64,000 nt of DNA from contig OZ024749.1 in NCBI GenBank assembly GCA_964016885.1, forward strand, positions 3,472,001-3,536,000. The letters are read 5' to 3'. A program made the translations under genes and the position numbers. Positions within the stretch are counted from its first letter, which is position 1, and each line of letters starts with the position of its first letter. Of this stretch, positions 56,089-64,000 are shown one piece after another. The notes beneath the pieces are model-generated. The model worked only from the letters and a program-made list of their open reading frames with translations. It had not been told where the DNA came from and did no database searches. This DNA is from Eledone cirrhosa. Lineage: Eukaryota.

Positions 56089-56506
56089 GTATATATGTGG
56101 GGGTGCATGTGTATGTACATAGATTTATACTAATGGCCGTTGTAGTATTGTTGCCGAAATTGGAACATATATTAGATTTGCTTTTCATGCCTAAAAGATA
56201 AATGTATAAATTTGTAATTGGAACCGCTCCTTGTATTTCTTATTTCTAATCCCCATGTTGTACGTCCATGTTGCATTTAAAGTGTCAACCAGCATAAGAG
56301 CACTGGATTGTACTGATGGGCATATTGAGGGCTATTTATTTATCTGGGGCTAAATACAGATTTTGCCACGAGAAGACACAAAGCCGGAGCAATTCCTCCG
56401 GAAGAGAAACATCCCAAACCAACTATAGCTAATTCATTCAGCGAGAGAAACAGAAAGAGGGAGAGAAAGAAAAAGAAAAACAGAGGAAGTGGGAGAGAGA
56501 GAGGGA

Positions 56507-56586
<80 letters not shown>

Positions 56587-57325
56587 AATCATCAAAGGCA
56601 ATATAAAGTTGTATTTAGCTTTATTTTCGATGGGTTTCCATATTGTCTGCCTCAATCTGTGTGCAATATTTCAACAGTCAAAGCCTCACACATCACATTC
56701 CTTTTAAACCGAAAGATTCCACTTTCATAGCTTTCTCATGGAGAGCATCAACCGCAATCCACCGGGCCACAATAGAGCATAGACCAAGTGACGAAGAATG
56801 GTTCCCATATGCCTTTCCATAAAACACCTTGTAACCGAGTTAAACATTATATTCACTACTTCATATACTTGTTAAAAGTTATCCTACATAAATATATCTC
56901 CTTAATTTAATGTTATTCTCATAAACTCAAAATAGTCTTTTACAATTAAATAGCTCAAGGACGGGATTCTTTCCGAGCCGTGTAATACAATTGAATATAT
57001 GAGAGGGACGAACATAGATATAAGTATACATGTGTTCCAATTGCAAATAAACCAAGTTAAATAGGTTGAATAAATACTAATTTAAAACAATATGGATTGC
57101 CTGTCTCGATTTAAAGTAATAAATCAATAAAAATAACAAACCTATATCGGGCAACTGCCGTTTGTTATCCGAACAGAGCTAAATCTGTTTCGCAAGAAAT
57201 ATTAAGTGAAAGCCACCATTCCTGTGCTCTTTTGTGCTCTTCTAGATAACTTGGTCATTTGCAATTCGATCACATGTATGCTTGTATCGGTATTCATCCC
57301 CCTCATATATACAATTGTAAATATA

Positions 57326-57403
<78 letters not shown>

Positions 57404-57430
57404 TATATTTACAATTGAATATATGAAAAA

Positions 57431-57739
57431 GTATGACCCCTTTTCGAAACGGCTTGAGCTATGCCGTCGGGGCCATACTTCCCACTCTATTTCCCATACT
57501 GAAAATTATTAATACGTTGCTGGTCATATATGTATTGTTACTGGGTGTAGTTATGGTTGTCAATCGAAAACTGATGGTGACTGTCTTGTTCTTCAACTGT
57601 GGTTCATTTGGTGACTGTACAGGCAGTACATATGTCACTCTATACCACATTTGGTGACTGTACATTTCCCACTCTACTACCCTATGTATTGAGTACCCTG
57701 GTGCGTTATGGTGCATCTGGTTCCTTACCACAATTCCTT

Positions 57740-57744
<5 letters not shown>
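57431..57744 (+). mobile_element. Family F1 copy interrupted by a ~180-bp insert
   Basis: GAA ACGGC ttgagctat GCCGT C gggg; insert flanked by duplicated ttcccactcta; 3' tail matches other F1 copies. Confidence 0.7.
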
Positions 57745-57800
<56 letters not shown>

Positions 57801-58196
57801 AACGAGTAGGACGCCAATATATATATATATATATGTAGAGAGAGAGAGAGAGATACATAGGGATAGAGATAGAGATAGAGAGAGGGGAGGTGAGGGAGAG
57901 ATATTTGATATTCAAAGATGAGAAGAGGAATGTATCCCTGTATCTAGGTGAAACTGTACCAGCAATATGGAAGAAAGTCAAACTGTGAGAGCGCTGACAG
58001 CTGAGAGCACTGACAGCTGAGAGCGCTGACAGGTACTTGAGATGCCACACGGTTTATAATTCTCAACACTAACAATTCATCGAAATTTATCCTCATCACA
58101 TGATTACCACTTTTCTACATTTCTTCCTCATCTAACTGCTCTGATACCAACATATATATCGTCAATCTCTCTCTCTCTCTCCCCCCCCCCCCTCTA

Positions 58197-58429
<233 letters not shown>

Positions 58430-58490
58430 ATATAGTAAGAGATTCTTTTCTTGAACTTTAATCTGTTATTTTTATATATTTATATATGTG

Positions 58491-58547
<57 letters not shown>

Positions 58548-58625
58548 GTATATATATATGTGTATATATATATAAATATATAAATATATATATATATATG
58601 TATATATATGTGTATATATATATAA

Positions 58626-58670
<45 letters not shown>

Positions 58671-58710
58671 GGTATATATATCTATATATATATATATGTA
58701 TATATATGTG

Positions 58711-58745
<35 letters not shown>

Positions 58746-58778
58746 GTATATGTATATATATGTTTATATATATATGTT

Positions 58779-58811
<33 letters not shown>

Positions 58812-58841
58812 GTATATGTATATATATGTTTATATATATAT

Positions 58842-58903
<62 letters not shown>

Positions 58904-59358
58904 GGGGAAAAGTTATATATATATATATATATATATAATATAATACAATATTATATATATATATTCGCAATGAAAGAAACATTAACCTTAATAATCCGGG
59001 TTTAAGACCCGATAAGAAACATCGAATCAACGTAATATACAGAATGTGAGAAGGTTTGGAAAATCGTGATTAGTGAACATATTAAAGAGGATTGGAGATA
59101 ATGGCAGATACGCATTCACCATGGAATATTATCTAGAATGAATGAAGGAACTGATGATGTAGTAGTTATAACACTGCACGGAAAATTAGTATTATTGAGT
59201 TTGATAAGAAGGAAATTCCCTTTAGCGTTTAGATATTTAGGTTCTACTGAGTCAAAAGTATAAAGAAAATGAGATTAGGAATTTATAATTGTACGTGTAT
59301 AGATATATGTATGCTGAAGGTTACACACAAGCACACGCACACACATATATATATTATC

Positions 59359-59423
<65 letters not shown>

Positions 59424-59476
59424 ATTATTTCCGTAGGAAATGTAAAGGAAAAGAGAGTGCTACATAGTTTTTTTGT

Positions 59477-59654
59477 TATGTAATAAACAACATAATATAA
59501 TTATTTCATTTACCAATGACAGACGATCCTGGCACAGACGTCTAACTTCAATCGTCAGATTCTTGCGATTGAAGTCAGACGTCTGTGCCAGCCTCGTCTG
59601 TCTTCGAGAAACTTTTGGTAAATGAAATAATTATCTTATGTTGTTTATTACATA
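59477..59654. repeat. Imperfect fold-back element flanked by ~42-bp diverged direct repeats
   Basis: tgtaataaacaacataa...ctggcacagacgtct.acttcaatcg pairs with cgattgaagt.agacgtctgtgccag...ttatgttgtttattaca; tatttccgtag.aaat.taaa occurs at 59426 and 59670. Confidence 0.85.
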
Positions 59655-60397
59655 TATATATAAGTTAAGTATTTCCGTAGAAAATATAAATGAAAGATGA
59701 GTGTTCTATGTATAGTATAGAGCTGTTTAATTATCTAATAAATGACACACTATAATTATTCCTTTACACAAGGCTTCACAAATTTAAAAGATTTTAACAG
59801 AAACGTATGTTTCGTTCAAGATGTTTCTTTTAGAAAGGTCTAAATTCGTGAAAACTTAGGTAATGGAATAATATATTGTGTTGTTTATTGCATAATTATA
59901 TATATATATTCCTGTGTTCGCACATTGCACTTCCCTAAAGACCCGTTGGATAGTGAAGATGTGGCAGCGTCACAGTGTCTGCTAGAATTAATAGTTTACT
60001 ACTACGCTTCCGACTGGTATTAGGCACAGACGGAAACCTAGTGATAACATGAGTCCCCGTTTCCGTCGTCAAATACAAAAAACTTCCATATTAAGCAATT
60101 CGGATTGTTGATTTTCGATATATAGAAAATAATCGAAGTTATTATATAATACGCTTCGAAACGGTCCAGGTTTGTTATTTAACCTGATTAGGGTTTTCGT
60201 TGCTGTGGTGGCTTCTGTGGCTATGTACTCTAACCACAGTCTTCAATTTGTCACGCTTTCTAACATATGTTTCTTACTCTAAGGTGTAACCTATCGATTT
60301 ATCGATACATCCTTACTCAGTGCTTCGTGCAAACTCTGAATTATTACTTCGCGGATGCTGGCCGACTGCCATAACTTTGATTTTTACTAACCTTATG

Positions 60398-60459
<62 letters not shown>

Positions 60460-60688
60460 TGGTAATACAACAGTCAGTTCACTATACCGGGAACACCTTA
60501 GCGGATATTCAGCTCGTATTGGTCATGGTTATAGGGAACAGGAAGAAAAACCGTATGAACGCGCATGCACAGAAACGTTCACTTCACCCAAACGATACAA
60601 AACCAAGGGCAAAAGGTGTGAGGGAGATAACTTCAAAAGTCGGGAAAAGATGTTCGTGTTGATAAGAACATTAGAATGTTGTTGTTAT

Positions 60689-61330
60689 TCAATCCGGTGC
60701 TTTGTAGTTATGCAACAGGTGTTTCCGGAAATGTGGACAACGTGAAGAGATTTCACTTCTTGAATTTAGGCAATAGCTATTGCCTAAATTTATATTTATC
60801 CTTTCTTCAATACACAGTCCACAAGACGGAATGCCCCTATCGTATGGCTTGGACTAACGATGGCTTTCCATTGAATAGAGTAGTCTATACCTGAGTCCTT
60901 GACGGACAATACATAGCTCGCGAGTTTCGTGGATATGGTCCCTCAAGGACTCAGTTATAGACTCAGGTATATACACCATCTCCTAGGCAGATTCTCAAAC
61001 AAGGATTACGAGCTTTCTCAACCCCGTCTTTTACATGCTATTGGGATGTCATTAACAATCCCGAGTTTCTGTATCATTTGGTGTGCTTTATATTTTTTTC
61101 ATCTGCAGTGTTATCGTTAGGGTTAGTGTTATTTCACCCGCCTCCCTAATGAAGCTTGTATTTGCTTGTTTAGTCCCTGACTATCCGACCATGCGAAAAT
61201 TCCTATTAAATGTCACCAATAACGCTCGAGGACAATCTGACAAGACGCACCATGTAGACGTAAGACACGAGGTGAATTTATTGAATACATTTTTTTCTGT
61301 CACATTGCTGAGAATGTTAAAAACAAGGGT
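60689..61330 (-). pseudogene. Decayed Naiad-type PLE GIY-YIG C-terminus
   Basis: STKLASYV...IDYSIQWK...KPY....SCGLCIEER.....CLNSRSEISSRCPH..K, then stop; the 5' limit is approximate. Confidence 0.75.
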
Positions 61331-61865
61331 GCAACTTGTCAAGTAATTCGGTTCAGATTTGGCTGAAATATATTGTAACCTTTGTAGTAGAACATTTGGG
61401 TTCCCGTGTAGAACTGTCTTAAAACCGTCGTCGGAAATAGAAAACTATATCTGTTAAATACTTGGCAACTTCATACACTACTACTTTCTGAGGATATGCA
61501 TTACATTTTTTTTTCATGAGAATCAGAATCATGTCATGATGACATGTAATTAAATTATTATATAAATCGGTTTAATCTGATGTAATGTGTGTTCTATTTT
61601 GCTTAGATAAAGTTTCGCGGATACATCTAATTAAAGGATTGCATGTAATTAATTAAGTTAAGAAACAACTTTTATATAATTAATATTAAAATTATATTTT
61701 TCCCGAATGTACATCAGAAAAGTTTTAAATGATCAAATGCTAACATTTATAATGGAAAGAAATACATATATATATATGCATGTGTTTCTGTGTACGTGGA
61801 TACACACGCACACACACACACATACACACACACACACACACATACACACACACACACACACACAC

Positions 61866-61975
<110 letters not shown>

Positions 61976-62499
61976 TCAGGGTGCAATTATTTTATGTAAT
62001 AGCAAGTGCAGTGGCTCTGTTTTGGTAAATATACGTTATATCTTCTGGACGAATTGATATAGCAATGGTAAATTTTGCAGTATTAGTACTCTGATATATA
62101 AAAATAGGGAAATTTACAAGCATATACTACATTTGTAAATGAATCTATTTTGTTCATTTTCTACATTACCTTAACCTGACTAGATCATTCTTCTCACTTA
62201 CAAACATACATCGAAAACTATGGATGTAGATAGTCTGAATGGTTTGGGTCTTCTTTTAACCATCATGAAACCTCATTAAGGGTTAGCAAATGCAAGTGTC
62301 TTTATTATAGCATAGGGCTATTCATATATATACTTACTGTTGGACAGTGATAACGGTATGTTTCCATATATATGTGATTACTCAACCACTTACACATTAT
62401 TTCATGCGTTAGGTGTTGAGTTTATATAGCAGCGGTATCGTCATTTTCAAAAGCCACGAAGTATTCAGCATATACATACTCCAACAAACATTAATTATA

Positions 62500-62605
62500 C
62501 AACGAGGTTGACTTTGACTTTCATCCTTACGGGGTCGATAAAATAAAGTACCAGTAATGAACCGGGTAATTGCTGGCCTTGTGCCTAAAGTAGAAACAAT
62601 TAATT
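62500..62605 (+). mobile_element. SINE 3' part
   Basis: cgaggttgactttgactttcatcct..ggggtcgataaaataaagtaccagt...gctggccttgtgcctaaagtagaaac. Confidence 0.8.
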
Positions 62606-62874
62606 ATACAACGATCGCTTTTATAAAATATCTGCAATTTACTGGGGAAGAAAAACATATATTGTATTGCCCACATTATCTGACTATGTTCAGATAAAGA
62701 GTGCGATGGGAACGGCCAGGTTTAAAATGTCCAAGACACGACCTGTGCATCAACAGCACACGTACGTCTACACAAGGTACGTCTGTATATCCACATATAA
62801 ATTTGAGCGACTTCCGTCCGTCAAAGAGTGTTTGGTATGTGTGTGTATGTTATTGTGGGTGTGTGTGATTGTAT

Positions 62875-62907
<33 letters not shown>

Positions 62908-62923
62908 GGTGTGTGTGATTGTA

Positions 62924-62954
<31 letters not shown>

Positions 62955-63755
62955 AAACGGAGGGAAGGGGATGTTGAAAGAACTATAGTAAAGCATCGGC
63001 TGTTGATGCATTTGCTATGAGTGGGTGTAAGAGAATGTGTGTGTTTATGTGAATGCATGCGTGTGTGTGTTTGTGTGAATATATATCTGTGCTTCTGCGA
63101 ATGTATATGTATTTGTGTAAATGTATGTCCGTGAGTGTGTATTTTTGTAATTACATCTGTGTATGCGCGTTTATATTTATATACTCATACATATAAATGT
63201 ATGCATATGTACATCCACACATGATCACATATATACACATACGCGTCAGCGCGTTGAAAAAAAACTCAAGTATTCTAAAATAGGAACGCAACAGACTAGA
63301 TTACCAATAAACCCAAACAAGAAAGACATGCATGTTCGTGGAGTGTTTAATATGTTTTTCTTTTTATATTTAATAAAACTTAAATATATTGAAGTAACAA
63401 ATATAAAAACGTATTCTGTCAGACAATTTAAATAAACTTCAGTGCATTTTCGTTTTTAAATTTTCTCATGATCTTCATTTGGATTGGAAATTATTTACCG
63501 GGAATAGACATGTTTTTCTTACCACTCTCGCTGTTAATAAGGCCCCTGGGCTTAAACCCAACTGCCTTTTTTAACTTCCTCCCTCTCTCCCCTCAGTTAA
63601 TAACTTACAAGTGCCATTATGTTTTCCTCCTATCGGTATGATTTTTTCTCGTTTTTTTCTTTTATTTCACTTTTATTTATTTCTCTCTCTTTGCTATCAC
63701 CTCTTTTTTTTAATTTTCTTTCCCTCATAACCACTTGCTATTACGTTTGGGTGTG

Positions 63756-63827
63756 TTACGGATTGTCTATAATACGCTGAAACATCTATGACCCGTAGGA
63801 GACAACTGATGAAGGGAAAATATCTAT
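63756..63827 (+). ncRNA. Candidate permuted hammerhead motif, copy C (8-nt deletion removes the NU strand)
   Basis: ttacgg [8 nt missing] a ttgtcta taatacgct GAA Acatctat gac ccgtag gagacaa CTGATGA agg. Confidence 0.55.
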
Positions 63828-63893
63828 CTCTTGTTTGGGTTCCCTTTCTAACTCTTGTTATCAGTAGCCACGCAACCTCGACCCTCTCAATCC

Positions 63894-64000
<107 letters not shown>

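Noticed and set aside
57985-58031. CRISPR-like short repeats (ctgacagctgagagc)
   Set aside because: Simple 16-bp tandem repeat without spacers, in eukaryotic DNA.

Overview
AT-rich, microsatellite-saturated eukaryotic non-coding DNA, probably cephalopod/octopus (inferred from the SINE 3' tails and repeat style). No host protein-coding gene is supported; the long (IY)n/(YI)n ORFs are translations of (TA)n tracts. Between the tracts lie several transposon remnants. There are four Naiad-type Penelope-like element (PLE) RT/GIY-YIG remnants, one nearly intact (41585-43519), and a Neptune-type PLE fragment. There are also a Dong/R4 LINE in (TAA)n, Tx1/L1-like and CRE-like LINE ends, a Tc1/mariner deletion derivative, tRNA-derived SINEs, many fold-back hairpins and a ~9.8 kb inverted repeat. 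Several hammerhead ribozyme (HHR) cores are visible. The most notable signal is a three-copy motif (10644-10723 -, 36389-36466 -, 63756-63827 +) with all three hammerhead core strands in a non-canonical, pseudoknotted order (NUH, then GAAA, then CUGAUGA). Spacing is identical and stems covary between two stem-sequence families, so it is a candidate new hammerhead topology. A second family of type I HHRs has a ~100-116 nt stem II. All structures were read by eye and none has been folded computationally or tested.
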